The notes under the pieces: model-generated
What the model saw: only the letters and a program-made list of their open reading frames with translations
Told to the model about the DNA's origin: nothing
Database searches by the model: none
In this document: positions 10,100-21,670 of the stretch, in pieces
Layout of the letters: the number at the start of each line of letters is the position of its first letter
Numbering within the stretch: the first letter of the stretch is position 1
DNA from: Halarcobacter sp.
GTDB taxonomy: Bacteria > Campylobacterota > Campylobacteria > Campylobacterales > Arcobacteraceae
DNA length: 64,000 bases
Direction of reading: 5' to 3'
Assembly (NCBI GenBank): GCA_963676565.1
Contig: OY781089.1
Span: forward strand, 1,888,001-1,952,000
Program-made: the position numbers and the translations under genes

Positions 10100-10780
10100 A
10101 TGAGTGAGATTCACGAGTTTTTCAACAGACAAATAAAACTTTGGGGAGAAGAAACACAAGATTCCCTTCAAAATAAAAAAGTAGCTATTATTGGAAGTGG
10201 CGGATTAGGGTGTAGTTTAGGTATTGCATTAGGAGCTTCTGGTATTGGTGAGTTTGCATTTGTTGATTTTGATGAAGTAGGTGTTCACAATATTCACAGA
10301 CAAATTGGTTTTAAAGTTGGTGATGATGGAAAACCAAAGTGTGAAGTTTTAAAAGAGCTTGTTGAATCAAGATGTCCATATACAAAAGTTACTGCATATA
10401 ATGAAGGATTTGAAGAATTTTCTGCAAGAGATTTAGAATTTGATTTGATTATTGATGCAACTGATAATCTTCCAACAAGAGCTGCCATAAATGAATATTG
10501 CATAAATAAAAAACAACCATGGATTTATGGAAGTGTTGAAGAGTTTCATGGTCAAGTTTGTTTTTTTGAAGAAGCATCATATGAAGCTGTATTTCAAATA
10601 AATGATAGAAAACCAAACGGTATTGCTTGTCCTATTGTTATGCATATTGCATCTTTACAAGCAAATTTAGCGATTAGACATCTTGCTGGACTTCCTGTAA
10701 AAAAAGATATTTTATATTACCTTTCATTTGATGCTGAGGGTGTATTACAAAATCAAAAATTCAATCTTCCAAAAAATTAA
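10100..10780 (+). CDS. ThiF/MoeB/HesA family adenylyltransferase
   Basis: FNRQIKL, IIGSGGLG, DFDEV..HNIHRQ and DATDN motifs; lacks the Zn-binding CxxC pairs. Confidence 0.85.
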   Translation: MSEIHEFFNRQIKLWGEETQDSLQNKKVAIIGSGGLGCSLGIALGASGIGEFAFVDFDEVGVHNIHRQIGFKVGDDGKPKCEVLKELVESRCPYTKVTAYNEGFEEFSARDLEFDLIIDATDNLPTRAAINEYCINKKQPWIYGSVEEFHGQVCFFEEASYEAVFQINDRKPNGIACPIVMHIASLQANLAIRHLAGLPVKKDILYYLSFDAEGVLQNQKFNLPKN

Positions 10781-10806
10781 ATACAAGTGTCATTAGACAC
10801 TTGTAT
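10781..10806 (+). terminator. Inverted repeat/terminator
   Basis: ATACAAGTGTC-ATTA-GACACTTGTAT, a perfect 11-bp stem directly after the stop. Confidence 0.6.
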
Positions 10807-10911
10807 AAGCTTTAAACAAAACTACTAATCTCTAACCCATTTTTAAGTACTTTTTTACTATAATATCCAGATTTTTAACTACATAATTGAAACTATTACG
10901 GGGAACTATAA

Positions 10912-13900
10912 ATGCCAAAACGAGAAGACATAAAATCTATTTTACTTATCGGTTCAGGACCAATTGTTATTGGACAAGCTTGTGAGTTTGATTACTCTGG
11001 TACTCAAGCAACAAAAACGCTAAAAGAGTTAGGATATAGAGTTGTTTTAATCAATTCAAATCCAGCTACTATTATGACAGACCCTGAATTTGCAGATAAG
11101 ACTTATATTGAGCCAATTACAGAAGAGGTTGTTGCAAAAATAATTGAAAAAGAAAATATTGATGCTATTTTACCAACTATGGGTGGTCAAACAGCACTTA
11201 ATGTTGCAACTTCAATGTACGATAAAGGGATGCTTGATGGAATTCATTTCCTTGGAGCAAACCCAGAAGCAATTAAAAAAGGTGAAGATAGACACTTATT
11301 TAATGAAGCTATGATTAAAATTGGTATGGATTTACCAAAAAGTGCAAATGCATATAATTTAGAAGAAGCAATTAAAGTTGCTAAAGAAATAGGTTTCCCA
11401 GTAATCTCAAGGGCATCATTTACTCTTGCAGGTGGTGGTTCTGGTGTTGCATATAACATGGATGAGTTTAAAGCATTAGCAGAAGCTGGTCTTGAAGCAT
11501 CTCCAATTAATGAAATTGAGATTATGGAATCTATGCTTGGTTGGAAAGAATACGAAATGGAAGTTATCAGAGATAGAAATGATAACTGTATTATTGTATG
11601 TTCAATTGAAAACCTTGACCCAATGGGTGTACACACAGGAGACTCTGTAACAATTGCACCAGCACTTACTCTTACAGATAAAGAGTACCAAAATATGAGA
11701 AATGCATCATTTGCTATTTTAAGAGAGATTGGTGTGGATACTGGTGGTTCAAATGTACAGTTCTCAATTTGTCCAAAAACAGGAAGAATGATTGTAATTG
11801 AAATGAATCCAAGAGTTTCAAGATCTTCTGCACTTGCATCTAAAGCAACTGGTTATCCTATCGCAAAAGTTGCTACACTGCTTGCAGTTGGATTTACACT
11901 AGATGAAATTGAAAATGATATTACAGGAACAGCTGCATCTTTTGAGCCAGTAATTGATTATATTGTAACTAAGATTCCAAGATTTACTTTTGAAAAATTC
12001 CCTAAAGCAGATTCAACATTAACAACAGGAATGAAATCTGTTGGTGAGGTTATGGCTATAGGTAGAACATTTAATGAATCTATACAAAAAGCACTTTGCT
12101 CAATGGAAACTGGAATAGTTGGATTTGATCCAATTTGTGATGATTTAGAAAAAATCAAAGCAGAAATTAGAAGACCAAATGCAGATAGATTAAGATATTT
12201 AATGGAAGCATATAGAAAAGGTCTTACAAATGAAGAGATTTTTGAGTTATGTGCTATTGATCCATGGTTCTTAGCAAAATTTAGAGAGATTTTTAATATT
12301 GAACAATCAATTGATGAAACAATTTTAAATGATGAAATAAAAATGAGAAATGCTAAAACAAATGGTTTCTCTGATTCTATGATTGCAATGTTAATTGATA
12401 AAACTGAAGAGGATGTTTATAGTGCTAGAAAAGCATTAGGTGTAGATTTTGAATACAATGAAGTTGATACTTGTGCAGCAGAATTTAAAGCTTTAACTCC
12501 TTATTTATATTCAACTACAAATATTACAAAGTTACCAAAAGTTGAGAAAAAAGATGATGAGAAAAAAGTTCTAATCATTGGTGGTGGTCCAAACAGAATT
12601 GGACAAGGTATTGAATTTGATTATTGTTGTGTACACGCTTCATTTGCATTAAATGAGATTGGTGTTAAAACAATCATGTACAACTGTAACCCTGAAACAG
12701 TTTCAACAGATTATGATACTTCAGATATTTTATATTTTGAGCCAATTGACTTTGAACATGTAAGATCTGTAATTGAGCAAGAAAATCCAGATGGTATTAT
12801 TGTTCACTTTGGTGGACAAACTCCATTAAAACTTGCAAATGCTATCCATGATGCAGGTGGAAAAATTATTGGTACAACTGCTGAAGTTATTGATTTAGCA
12901 GAAGATAGAGAAAAGTTCTCTAGTTTTGTTGAAAAAGCTGGATTATTACAACCAGAGAATGGTACAGCAGTAGAAGTAAATGAAGCTATTGCAATTGCTG
13001 AAAGAATTGGATATCCAGTATTAGTTAGACCATCATTTGTTCTTGGTGGTAGAGGTATGAAGATTGTTTACTCAACTGATGAGTTAAAACAATATATGGA
13101 TGAAGCAGTATCTGTATCAAATGATGCTCCAGTATTAATTGATAAATTCTTAGATAGAGCAATTGAACTTGATGTTGATTGTATTTGTGATGGAAAAGAA
13201 GTATATATTGGTGGAATTATGCAACATATTGAAGAAGCTGGGGTTCACTCAGGGGATTCAGCTTGTTCTTTACCTCCAATCTCAATTGATCAAGAGTTAA
13301 TTAAAGAATTAGAAGCTAAAACAAAAGCAATGGCACTAGGACTTGGTGTTGTTGGTCTTATGAATACTCAATATGCTATTCATAAGGGTCAAATTTACCT
13401 AATCGAAGTAAACCCAAGAGCATCTAGAACAGTTCCTTTTGTAAGTAAAGCAACTGGTATGCCACTTGCAAAAGTAGCAACTAGAGTTATGTGGGGAGAG
13501 AGTTTAAGATCAGCACTTGATAATTATAACTCTGATTTAGTATGGGAAGATAATGGTGTATTAAAACCAATATTAAAAGACCATGTTGCAGTTAAAGAAG
13601 CTGTATTTCCATTTAATAAACTTAGTGGTTCAGATCCAATCTTAACTCCAGAGATGAAATCAACTGGGGAAGTTATGGGTATTTCTGATAACTTTGGTGA
13701 GTCTTATGCAAAAGCACAAAGTGCAGCGAAAAATCACTTACCAACTGAAGGTAAAGTATTTATCTCTTTATGTGATTTAGATAAAGAGTTTGCTCCAAAA
13801 CTTGCATCTGATTTAATTAAAGAAGGATTCTCTGTAGTTGCAACAGGTGGAACACATAAAGTGATTTCAGAAGCTGGAATTGAGTGTGAGAAAGTACTTA

Positions 13901-14151
13901 AAATTAGTGAGGGTAGACCAAATATTACTGATAGTATTACAAATGGTGAAATTGCATTAGCATTTAATACTTCTGACGGTAAAGGTTCTTCAAAATCTGA
14001 TGGACAAGATATTAGAAGAGTGGTATTAAAAGAGAATATTCCTTATGTTACAACAGCAGCTGCAGCTTTAGCTTGTGTTGAAGCAATGAAAGTGTTAAAG
14101 CATAAAGATGGTGTAGGTGTTAAATCTATCCAAGAATTTTTAAATGACTAA
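10912..14151 (+). CDS. carB: Carbamoyl-phosphate synthase large subunit
   Basis: [30 protein letters not shown] start, duplicated ATP-grasp halves and a C-terminal MGS domain. Confidence 0.98.
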   Translation: MPKREDIKSILLIGSGPIVIGQACEFDYSGTQATKTLKELGYRVVLINSNPATIMTDPEFADKTYIEPITEEVVAKIIEKENIDAILPTMGGQTALNVATSMYDKGMLDGIHFLGANPEAIKKGEDRHLFNEAMIKIGMDLPKSANAYNLEEAIKVAKEIGFPVISRASFTLAGGGSGVAYNMDEFKALAEAGLEASPINEIEIMESMLGWKEYEMEVIRDRNDNCIIVCSIENLDPMGVHTGDSVTIAPALTLTDKEYQNMRNASFAILREIGVDTGGSNVQFSICPKTGRMIVIEMNPRVSRSSALASKATGYPIAKVATLLAVGFTLDEIENDITGTAASFEPVIDYIVTKIPRFTFEKFPKADSTLTTGMKSVGEVMAIGRTFNESIQKALCSMETGIVGFDPICDDLEKIKAEIRRPNADRLRYLMEAYRKGLTNEEIFELCAIDPWFLAKFREIFNIEQSIDETILNDEIKMRNAKTNGFSDSMIAMLIDKTEEDVYSARKALGVDFEYNEVDTCAAEFKALTPYLYSTTNITKLPKVEKKDDEKKVLIIGGGPNRIGQGIEFDYCCVHASFALNEIGVKTIMYNCNPETVSTDYDTSDILYFEPIDFEHVRSVIEQENPDGIIVHFGGQTPLKLANAIHDAGGKIIGTTAEVIDLAEDREKFSSFVEKAGLLQPENGTAVEVNEAIAIAERIGYPVLVRPSFVLGGRGMKIVYSTDELKQYMDEAVSVSNDAPVLIDKFLDRAIELDVDCICDGKEVYIGGIMQHIEEAGVHSGDSACSLPPISIDQELIKELEAKTKAMALGLGVVGLMNTQYAIHKGQIYLIEVNPRASRTVPFVSKATGMPLAKVATRVMWGESLRSALDNYNSDLVWEDNGVLKPILKDHVAVKEAVFPFNKLSGSDPILTPEMKSTGEVMGISDNFGESYAKAQSAAKNHLPTEGKVFISLCDLDKEFAPKLASDLIKEGFSVVATGGTHKVISEAGIECEKVLKISEGRPNITDSITNGEIALAFNTSDGKGSSKSDGQDIRRVVLKENIPYVTTAAAALACVEAMKVLKHKDGVGVKSIQEFLND

Positions 14152-14593
14152 ACCTTTAGATAAAGTATATTTAGTTCAAACTGACACAACAGTAGGTTTC
14201 TCATCATCTAATGATGAGAAACTTTCAGGAATAAAACAAAGACCAAATTCTCAAAAAATCCTTCAAACAGTAGATTCTTTTAAGACTTTAAATAGTTTTA
14301 CAAGAGTTCCTAAAGAGCATAGAAAAAAAGTTAGACACTCTAAAAAGACAACTTTTATTTATCCAAATGGTAATTCATATCGAGTGATTTTTCAAGATTG
14401 TAATTTTTATGATTTTATTAAGAAATTTAAGTCTTTGTATTCAACTTCTGCAAATTTAACAGGTAAAAATTTTGATGAAATTTTTGCAAAAGAAAAAAGT
14501 GATGTTATCGTTTATACAAAAGATAATTTTAATGAAACAACCGCTTCAACAATTTATAAACTAAGTAAAATAAAGAAAAAAAAGATTAGATAA
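14144..14593 (+). CDS. Sua5/YrdC (TsaC)-family protein, short epsilonproteobacterial form
   Basis: [12 protein letters not shown] and STSANLTG motifs. Confidence 0.8.
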   Translation: MTKPLDKVYLVQTDTTVGFSSSNDEKLSGIKQRPNSQKILQTVDSFKTLNSFTRVPKEHRKKVRHSKKTTFIYPNGNSYRVIFQDCNFYDFIKKFKSLYSTSANLTGKNFDEIFAKEKSDVIVYTKDNFNETTASTIYKLSKIKKKKIR

Positions 14594-14594
14594 A

Positions 14595-15203
14595 TTAGTT
14601 TATACGATTTTTATAAACTAGTGCTAAAGCCAATCTATCTTTTACTTTTAATTTTTTAAACAATGAACTGATATATTTTTTTACTGTAACTTCAGCTATG
14701 TCAAGAGTATTAGCTATTTTACTATTAGTTAAGCCTTGGGCTACTAGTTCTAAAACTTCTAACTCTTTGATTTTTAAATCTTCAAATATCTTTTTGCCAT
14801 TGTTTTCGTTTAAAGGTATTGAGTTTATTAAAAACTGCATTAACTCAGGATAAACCCAGGTATTTCCATTTTTTACAGTTTCTATTACACTTTCTATTAT
14901 AGTGATATCACATAAAGAGTGAATATATGATTTAAACCCTTTTTTTAATAAAGCACAACCTTCAATATTATTTGTTGCATTTCTTATAGCTATGAATTTG
15001 CAATTGTAATTATCCAATAACTCTTGATATATTTTATCTGAATCATCAGTATCTAAATGTTGTAAAAATAAGATACTCTCATCTTCTAAAAAACTTAGGT
15101 TATAGAACTCTTCATATTTTTCTATTTGAATAATTTCAAATTTTGATGATTTATTTAATTCATTTATTAAAAAATCTTGTTTTGTAAGTGCTATTATTTT
15201 CAT
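14595..15203 (-). CDS. LuxR/NarL-type regulator with degenerate receiver domain
   Basis: C-terminal HTH (ELEVLELVAQGLTNSKIANTLDIAEVTVKKYISSLFKKL). The N-terminal REC-like part lacks an obvious acidic pocket. Confidence 0.8.
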   Translation of the reverse strand: MKIIALTKQDFLINELNKSSKFEIIQIEKYEEFYNLSFLEDESILFLQHLDTDDSDKIYQELLDNYNCKFIAIRNATNNIEGCALLKKGFKSYIHSLCDITIIESVIETVKNGNTWVYPELMQFLINSIPLNENNGKKIFEDLKIKELEVLELVAQGLTNSKIANTLDIAEVTVKKYISSLFKKLKVKDRLALALVYKNRIN

Positions 15204-16936
15204 ATATCAAGTGACCTTACAATTGGTTTTAAAATATAGCTTAAAATTGTTTTCTTACCAATTAATATATCTGCATCCACAGTCATACCTGGTTTGATTT
15301 CAAGCTTTTTGTTATTGTCTAGAAATTTTGTATCTGCTTTTATATGAACAATATAACTCTCTTTTTCTGGGTCTTTTTCATCAATTAAAGTATCAGCAGA
15401 GATATAAGATATCTCACCTTCAACTGCACCATATAAAGAGAAGTCATAGGGTCTTAGTTTTATTCTAACTTTTTGTCCTTCGTATAAAAAACCTATATCA
15501 GCTGGATCAACTTTAATCTCTGCCAACATATATTTTGTATCAGGAACAATTTGAGCCATTACAACTCCAGGTGAAACAGCTTCCCCTCTTGTTTTGACAT
15601 TAATCTTTTTTATAATCCCATCATCTGGAGATTTTATAATTGTTTCTGTTAATTTTTCTTCTAAATATTTTAAATCTTCTTTTACTGTTTTTAAATCATT
15701 ATATACAACTAAAAGTTCATCTTTAGATTTTGATCTGTAGTCTTCTGTTGTTTCATCTATACTTCTTTCGATCTCTTTAATCGATGATTTTAAAGTTGGG
15801 ATTGAACCTTTTAAACTTTTTAAATCAGCTTCTACATCATTTTTCTTTCTTTGTAAGTCAAGTAATTCAACTTTAGAAATGATTCTTTCTTCAACTAGTG
15901 GTAGTTTTATTTTCATCTCTTTTTGGATTAAATTATAATTGTCTTTTGTGATTTTCAAATTCTTATATGCATCACTTAAATCATTTTTTCTTTGTTCCAA
16001 TTGCTCTTTTAATACACTTATTGAAGATTGAAATTTTTTCTCATTTATTCTAAATAGTTGAATCTCATTTTCCATTATTTCTGGATTATATTTTATAACT
16101 TCGTTATCTTTTTTTATTTCAGTATTTTCAGTTTGCGCTTTTAATCTTTGAGCTTTTGCAATGAATGTATACATATTATATTTGTTTTTTTCAATTTCAC
16201 TTTTATAATTTACATCTGAAAGTTTGAAAAGGATTTCACCTTTTTTTACTTTAGTACCTTCTTTTACAAAGCTTTCTTTTAATATTCCCCCATCAAGTGA
16301 AGAGATTGTTTGAATATTTGTACTTGTAATTACTTTTCCATTTGTTTTTACAATATCATCAATTTTAGAAAAATATGACCAAGTTAGTAAAAATATGATT
16401 GTAAAAGTAATAAGCCATAAAACCTTATGCAAACCACTTGAGGTTTTAAGTAGTATTGCAGAAGAAAATGATGGCATAAATTCTAAAGTTGATTTATCAT
16501 GTTTCTTTTTTAAAAGATTTTCTTCATTAACCTTTTTAAGAGTTTTTTCTTTACTTATATCATGACTTGTAATAATAAAACCAATATGTTCTTTGTCATC
16601 GTTAAATAGGGGTGTTATGATTGTATCTGTCCAAATTAATGAATCATTGTGAGAACTATGTTTAATCTCACCTTTCCAAGTAGTCTTTAAACTTTTTGCT
16701 TCATTGAATTGGTTATTGAAATTTATAATTGAATCTTTTCTTATTAATAATGTGTAAGGTTTATCAATTAATTCTGATGGTTTATATTTAAATACATTAC
16801 AAAGACTTGTACTTACATGTTTAATTGTTCCTTCTTTATCTGTAAGGGCCAAAATTACATAATTATCTAACAATTCTCTATTCTGAAAAGTAAAACTTCT
16901 TTTCAACTGGTCGTCAAAATCTTTTTTTTCTTCCAC
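15200..16936 (-). CDS. HlyD-family T1SS membrane fusion protein with N-terminal PAS domain
   Basis: N-terminal PAS (TDKEGTIKHVS..WKGEIK..WTDTIITP), then a TM helix and coiled coil, with IKSPDDG, DIGFLYEGQ, YGAVEG and IKPGMT HlyD motifs. GTG start. Confidence 0.88.
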   Translation of the reverse strand: MEEKKDFDDQLKRSFTFQNRELLDNYVILALTDKEGTIKHVSTSLCNVFKYKPSELIDKPYTLLIRKDSIINFNNQFNEAKSLKTTWKGEIKHSSHNDSLIWTDTIITPLFNDDKEHIGFIITSHDISKEKTLKKVNEENLLKKKHDKSTLEFMPSFSSAILLKTSSGLHKVLWLITFTIIFLLTWSYFSKIDDIVKTNGKVITSTNIQTISSLDGGILKESFVKEGTKVKKGEILFKLSDVNYKSEIEKNKYNMYTFIAKAQRLKAQTENTEIKKDNEVIKYNPEIMENEIQLFRINEKKFQSSISVLKEQLEQRKNDLSDAYKNLKITKDNYNLIQKEMKIKLPLVEERIISKVELLDLQRKKNDVEADLKSLKGSIPTLKSSIKEIERSIDETTEDYRSKSKDELLVVYNDLKTVKEDLKYLEEKLTETIIKSPDDGIIKKINVKTRGEAVSPGVVMAQIVPDTKYMLAEIKVDPADIGFLYEGQKVRIKLRPYDFSLYGAVEGEISYISADTLIDEKDPEKESYIVHIKADTKFLDNNKKLEIKPGMTVDADILIGKKTILSYILKPIVRSLDI

Positions 16937-17056
16937 TGTGAACCTTAATATTAGATAAAATCTAAGAAATGATTAAAATTAGTTATTATTTTATAAAAAT
17001 TTATATAAAACTTTGGTAATATGTACTTCTAATCTTTAGAGTGTAGGGAGAATACA

Positions 17057-19333
17057 ATGAATATTAGAATAAAAAAATTTATTATTTTTCAAATTTTAAT
17101 GGTTTCTTCTCTTTTTGGATTTTCTATAAAAGATGGTTTTCCATTAGCATTAGAAAATGACATGGATTTTAAAATTAATAAAAACAATTTAAATAATATA
17201 AATATTGATAAAAAAATTGCTGATGCATTATTATATCCATCAGTAGATTTTTCTGCAAATGTTGAAGCAAGTAGATTAACTCAAGGAAAATTAACCCCTG
17301 ACAATGAACCTTTAACAAAGTCTGACAAATATGAATTAAAATTTACTCAACCTATATTCGATGGTTTTGAATCATCATATGAAAAAAAACTTCAAGAACA
17401 AAAATTTAAATCTGCTATTTATTACTTGCAAGAGAGTCAAAATAGTATAGCTTTAAATTATGCAATTGCTTATGTAAATACTTTAAGAGAAAAAGATTTA
17501 TTAAATCTTAGTAAGGAAAGTTTACAAATTAGTAAAGATATATTTAATAAAGTTTATAAAAAAGTTAATGTTGGCTATGGTACTAAATTAGAGTTTGAAG
17601 AGGTTAAGGCAAATATGGCTGAAACTCAAGTTAACTTAGATATTCAAAAAATCAATTTGAAAGAAGCAATTGAAAATCTAAAATTGTATGTTCAAAGTGA
17701 CTTTGATAGTAGTGAGCTTGAAAAACCAAATTTAAATATAGATTTACCAAAAAATGTAAAAGAAGCTTTAGAAATAGCTTATACTAGAAATCCATCAATT
17801 AATGTTTCAAAAACAAATGTTTTTGTTGCAAAATTTGAACAACAAAGAGATAAAAAAGATTTTTATCCAAATTTAGATTTAGTTGGTTCATATAACATTA
17901 ATAATGCTTTATTTAAAGAAAGTGATGAAGAATACAATGAATATAAAGTTGGATTTGAAATTTCATATAATCTATTCAATGGTGGTAAAGACACCCTTAA
18001 AAATAAAAAATCTTTACAAAATATAAAAGATAAAGAATTATTAGTTAAAAAAAGTGAATATGAAGTAAAAACAGATTTAAGACTTGCATGGAACGCTTAT
18101 AAATTAAATAATGAAAAACAAGAGAGTTTAAAACAGTACTTAATAGTAAAAAAAGATGTATTAGATGCTACAAATAAAGAGTTTGATTTGGGACTTAAAG
18201 ATTTAAATACTCTTTTAGAAACTCACATAGAATATGTTGATATCAAAAAAGATTTAATTAGAAATACCTATGATTTAATAATTGCAAAATATAAAATACT
18301 TAATGCTATGGGTAAATTAAGTGATGTATTAGAAGATAAGTTACCAACTTTGGATAAAATTGATACTAATGATTTAGTTCAAAATATGCAAGAAAAATTA
18401 GATTTTTCATACGATAAAGATGAAAAATACAAGCAAAAGAAACTTACTGTAATAAATAAAAATAAAAAAGTCTTTTCAAAAGTTAAATATGAAAAACCAA
18501 TTAAAAAGGTTTCTTACCAAGATATTAACTATGAAAAAGTAAATACAAACCTTGAAAAAAATATTACAAATACAATAGAAAATAAGTTTAAAGAAAAGTT
18601 TTTAAATGCTTCAAAAAATAAATATACAATCAATCTTGCCTTATCTGATTCAGAAATAAAAGCTCAAAGATTATTGGATAGATATGATTTAAATGACAAT
18701 GCCTTTTTCTTTAGTTTTAGAGAAGTAAATCCATTACAAAGAATTGTAATGGGAGTTTATGATACTAAACAAGAAGCTAAAAAAGCCTTATCAAAACTTC
18801 ATAAAAATTTAAAAAGTAATAAACCTATTATAGAAAAAATTGCTATTAAACAAAAAGTTTATTACAAATATCATAGTAAAAATAAGCTAATTAAACAAAA
18901 TATTGAAATAGTAAAACCTACTCCTATAATGAATAAACCTTTAATAAGAAAAGTTGCTTTTTCTACTATTGAACCAGCTGAAAAAGAAGTTGAAAAACTT
19001 CAATATAACAGTTTTAAAGATAAGTTTTTAAATGCTTCAAAAAATAAATACACTATTAATTTAGCATATTCAGATTCTGAAATAAAAGCACAAGCTTTAT
19101 TAGATAGATATGGTTTATCAAATAATGGTTTCTTTTTCAAATTTAGATATGAAAACCCTTTACAAAAAATAATGCTTGGAGTATTTGACTCTAAAGCTGA
19201 GGCTTTAAAAGCTATGGCTTCTTTACCTAAAGGTTTAAAAATAAATAGACCAAGAGTAGAAAAAGTTTCAATTAAGCAGGCTTTATTTCATAAATATAAT
19301 AAAAATTATTCTACTAATCTTGGGAGTATATAA
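17057..19333 (+). CDS. TolC-family T1SS outer-membrane protein with two C-terminal SPOR-like domains
   Basis: Signal peptide, two OEP repeats (LYPSVDF, FYPNLDL, YNLFNGG) and a duplicated ~95-aa C-terminal domain (YTINLA...GV(Y/F)D(T/S)K.EA..A...L). Confidence 0.85.
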   Translation: MNIRIKKFIIFQILMVSSLFGFSIKDGFPLALENDMDFKINKNNLNNINIDKKIADALLYPSVDFSANVEASRLTQGKLTPDNEPLTKSDKYELKFTQPIFDGFESSYEKKLQEQKFKSAIYYLQESQNSIALNYAIAYVNTLREKDLLNLSKESLQISKDIFNKVYKKVNVGYGTKLEFEEVKANMAETQVNLDIQKINLKEAIENLKLYVQSDFDSSELEKPNLNIDLPKNVKEALEIAYTRNPSINVSKTNVFVAKFEQQRDKKDFYPNLDLVGSYNINNALFKESDEEYNEYKVGFEISYNLFNGGKDTLKNKKSLQNIKDKELLVKKSEYEVKTDLRLAWNAYKLNNEKQESLKQYLIVKKDVLDATNKEFDLGLKDLNTLLETHIEYVDIKKDLIRNTYDLIIAKYKILNAMGKLSDVLEDKLPTLDKIDTNDLVQNMQEKLDFSYDKDEKYKQKKLTVINKNKKVFSKVKYEKPIKKVSYQDINYEKVNTNLEKNITNTIENKFKEKFLNASKNKYTINLALSDSEIKAQRLLDRYDLNDNAFFFSFREVNPLQRIVMGVYDTKQEAKKALSKLHKNLKSNKPIIEKIAIKQKVYYKYHSKNKLIKQNIEIVKPTPIMNKPLIRKVAFSTIEPAEKEVEKLQYNSFKDKFLNASKNKYTINLAYSDSEIKAQALLDRYGLSNNGFFFKFRYENPLQKIMLGVFDSKAEALKAMASLPKGLKINRPRVEKVSIKQALFHKYNKNYSTNLGSI

Positions 19334-19338
19334 TTTAA

Positions 19339-21528
19339 ATGCCACAAACTGATAATTTTGATTTTAACTCTATAAAAGAGTACAACCGAGAAAATTCAAT
19401 TCTTGATACCCTTACAATATATTGTAAAATGAATGGGAGACCTTATTCTAAGGAATCTTTAATTGCAGGTTTACCTATTGAAACGGGAAGAAATACTCCT
19501 ATTTTATTTTCTAAATCTAACTCTAAATCACTTTTTTCAAGGGCTGCTTTAAAAGCAGGCTTTAAAACTAAGGTTTTAAGAGCTAAATTATATGATATCA
19601 ATCCTCTAACTTTGCCTTGTATATTACTACTAGATAATAAAAAAGACAAAGATGAACTTGAAGCATGTATTCTTTTAGGTTTCGATGAAGAGTACAAAAA
19701 TGCGAAGGTGATTTTCCCTGAAGCTCCTGAAGTAGAAAGTTTAGTTCCAATTGAAGAATTAGAGAAAAGATATTTTGGTTTTAGTATACTTCTTAAAAAA
19801 GAGCTTGATTTTAAAGAAGATAAAACATCTTTATCAATAAAAGAAAGCCACTGGTTATGGGGAAGTATAAAGATTGTAAGAAATGTATATAGAGATGTAA
19901 TTATCGCTTCTTTACTAATCAATCTTTTTGTTCTTTCTACGCCACTTTTTACAATGAATGTTTATGATAGAGTTATTCCTAATAATGCAGTTGATACCCT
20001 TTGGATATTTGCAATTGGTGTTGTCTTTATTTATGGAATTGATATAGCCTTAAAATTTTTGCGTTCTTATTTTCTGGAAACTGCAGCTAAAAAAACTGAT
20101 ATTATCGCTTCTTCAATTATTTTTGAAAAAGTTTTAGATTTAAAAATGTCATCGGTTCCAAATTCAGTTGGTTCTTTAGCGAATATTTTAAAAGAGTTTG
20201 AGAGTATTAGGGGATTTTTAACCTCTTCAACGATTGCTTTATTGATTGATGTTCCATTTATTTTTATCTTTTTATTTGCTATTTATTTTATCGGTGGAGC
20301 TTTAGTATTGGTTCCTATTGCAATTATTATCATTATTTTAATCTATACATATTATTCAAAAATAAAATTAGCAAATAGTATCAAAGAATCATATGATGCA
20401 GGTTCAAATAAAAATGGTGTATTAATTGAAAGTTTATCTTCTATAGAAACTATTAAATCTTTAGGGGCAACTGGATATTCACAATGGAGATGGGAAGAAG
20501 CTACATCAAAAATTGCAGATAAAAGTATTAATACAAAAATGATATCTTCTTCAATTACAACAGTAACTTCATTTTTAGTTCAGTTAAATACTGTTGCACT
20601 TGTAATAATGGGAACATATTTAATTATTGATAATAACCTTACTATGGGGGGATTAATTGCTACAATTATAATCTCTTCAAGAGCTATTTCTCCAATGGGA
20701 CAAGTTTCATCACTATTATCAACATTTCAACATACAAAAACTACATATGAAGCATTAAATGATATTATGAATTTACCTGTTGAACACCCACAAGGTAAGA
20801 AATTTGTAACAAGACCAGAATACAAAGGTAAAATTGATTTTAGAAATGTAAGCTTTACATATCCAAATGCTGATAAAGAGACTTTAAGTAATATCTCTTT
20901 TAGTGTAGAACCAGGGGAAAAAATTGCAATTATTGGTAAAATTGGTTCTGGAAAAACAACTATTCAAAAACTACTTGTTTCTTTATATCATCCAAATGAA
21001 GGTTCTATTTTAATAGATAATATAGATATTAAACAGTTAGACCCATCAGAACTTCGAAAAAATATTGCATATGTATCTCAAGATGTTTTACTTTTTGATG
21101 GTACAGTGAAAGAAAATATTGTTTATAGAACACCAAATATTGATGATGAAAAAATACTTGAAGCTGCTAAAATTAGTGGTGTATTAGATTTTGTTAATAA
21201 GCATCCAAAAGGTTTTGATATGCCTGTTGGGGAAAGAGGTTCTTTTCTTTCTGGTGGACAAAAACAAGCAATAGCAATTGCTAGATCTATTTTACTACCT
21301 TATCCAATTGTACTATTTGATGAACCTACAAGTTCTATGGATACATCTTCTGAAAATAGATTTATAAATAGTATAAGAAACTACCAACAAAATAAAACTG
21401 TTGTTTTAGTTACTCATAAGACATCACTTTTAAGACTAGTTGATAGAATTATTGTGGTTGAAGATGGGCAAATCATCTTAGATGGTAAAAAAGATATTAT
21501 TATCAGTAAACTAAATAATAAAAAATAA
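19339..21528 (+). CDS. T1SS ABC transporter permease/ATPase (LssB/LapB type)
   Basis: N-terminal C39-like domain, PLFTMNVYDRVIP, Walker A GKIGSGKT, LSGGQ signature and LFDEPTS Walker B. Confidence 0.93.
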   Translation: MPQTDNFDFNSIKEYNRENSILDTLTIYCKMNGRPYSKESLIAGLPIETGRNTPILFSKSNSKSLFSRAALKAGFKTKVLRAKLYDINPLTLPCILLLDNKKDKDELEACILLGFDEEYKNAKVIFPEAPEVESLVPIEELEKRYFGFSILLKKELDFKEDKTSLSIKESHWLWGSIKIVRNVYRDVIIASLLINLFVLSTPLFTMNVYDRVIPNNAVDTLWIFAIGVVFIYGIDIALKFLRSYFLETAAKKTDIIASSIIFEKVLDLKMSSVPNSVGSLANILKEFESIRGFLTSSTIALLIDVPFIFIFLFAIYFIGGALVLVPIAIIIIILIYTYYSKIKLANSIKESYDAGSNKNGVLIESLSSIETIKSLGATGYSQWRWEEATSKIADKSINTKMISSSITTVTSFLVQLNTVALVIMGTYLIIDNNLTMGGLIATIIISSRAISPMGQVSSLLSTFQHTKTTYEALNDIMNLPVEHPQGKKFVTRPEYKGKIDFRNVSFTYPNADKETLSNISFSVEPGEKIAIIGKIGSGKTTIQKLLVSLYHPNEGSILIDNIDIKQLDPSELRKNIAYVSQDVLLFDGTVKENIVYRTPNIDDEKILEAAKISGVLDFVNKHPKGFDMPVGERGSFLSGGQKQAIAIARSILLPYPIVLFDEPTSSMDTSSENRFINSIRNYQQNKTVVLVTHKTSLLRLVDRIIVVEDGQIILDGKKDIIISKLNNKK

Positions 21529-21555
21529 GACTTTAAATCTTTTCTCTATAACTAG

Positions 21556-21580
21556 AAGGTTAACTATATTAGTTGACCTT
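21556..21580 (+). terminator. Putative intrinsic terminator of tolC-ABC operon
   Basis: AAGGTTAACTA-TAT-TAGTTGACCTT stem followed by TCTT. Confidence 0.5.
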
Positions 21581-21670
21581 TCTTAAAAAATAATTTATAC
21601 CAAAGTATACTTTACAAGATAAAATAATTTTTATAATATAGTCATAATAATTTGTGTAAAAGGATTTATT

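Noticed and set aside
307..12158. Short overlapping ORFs antisense to ndh, the peptidase, ddl, the hydrolase, thiF and carB
   Set aside because: They overlap well-supported genes on the opposite strand and show no motifs.
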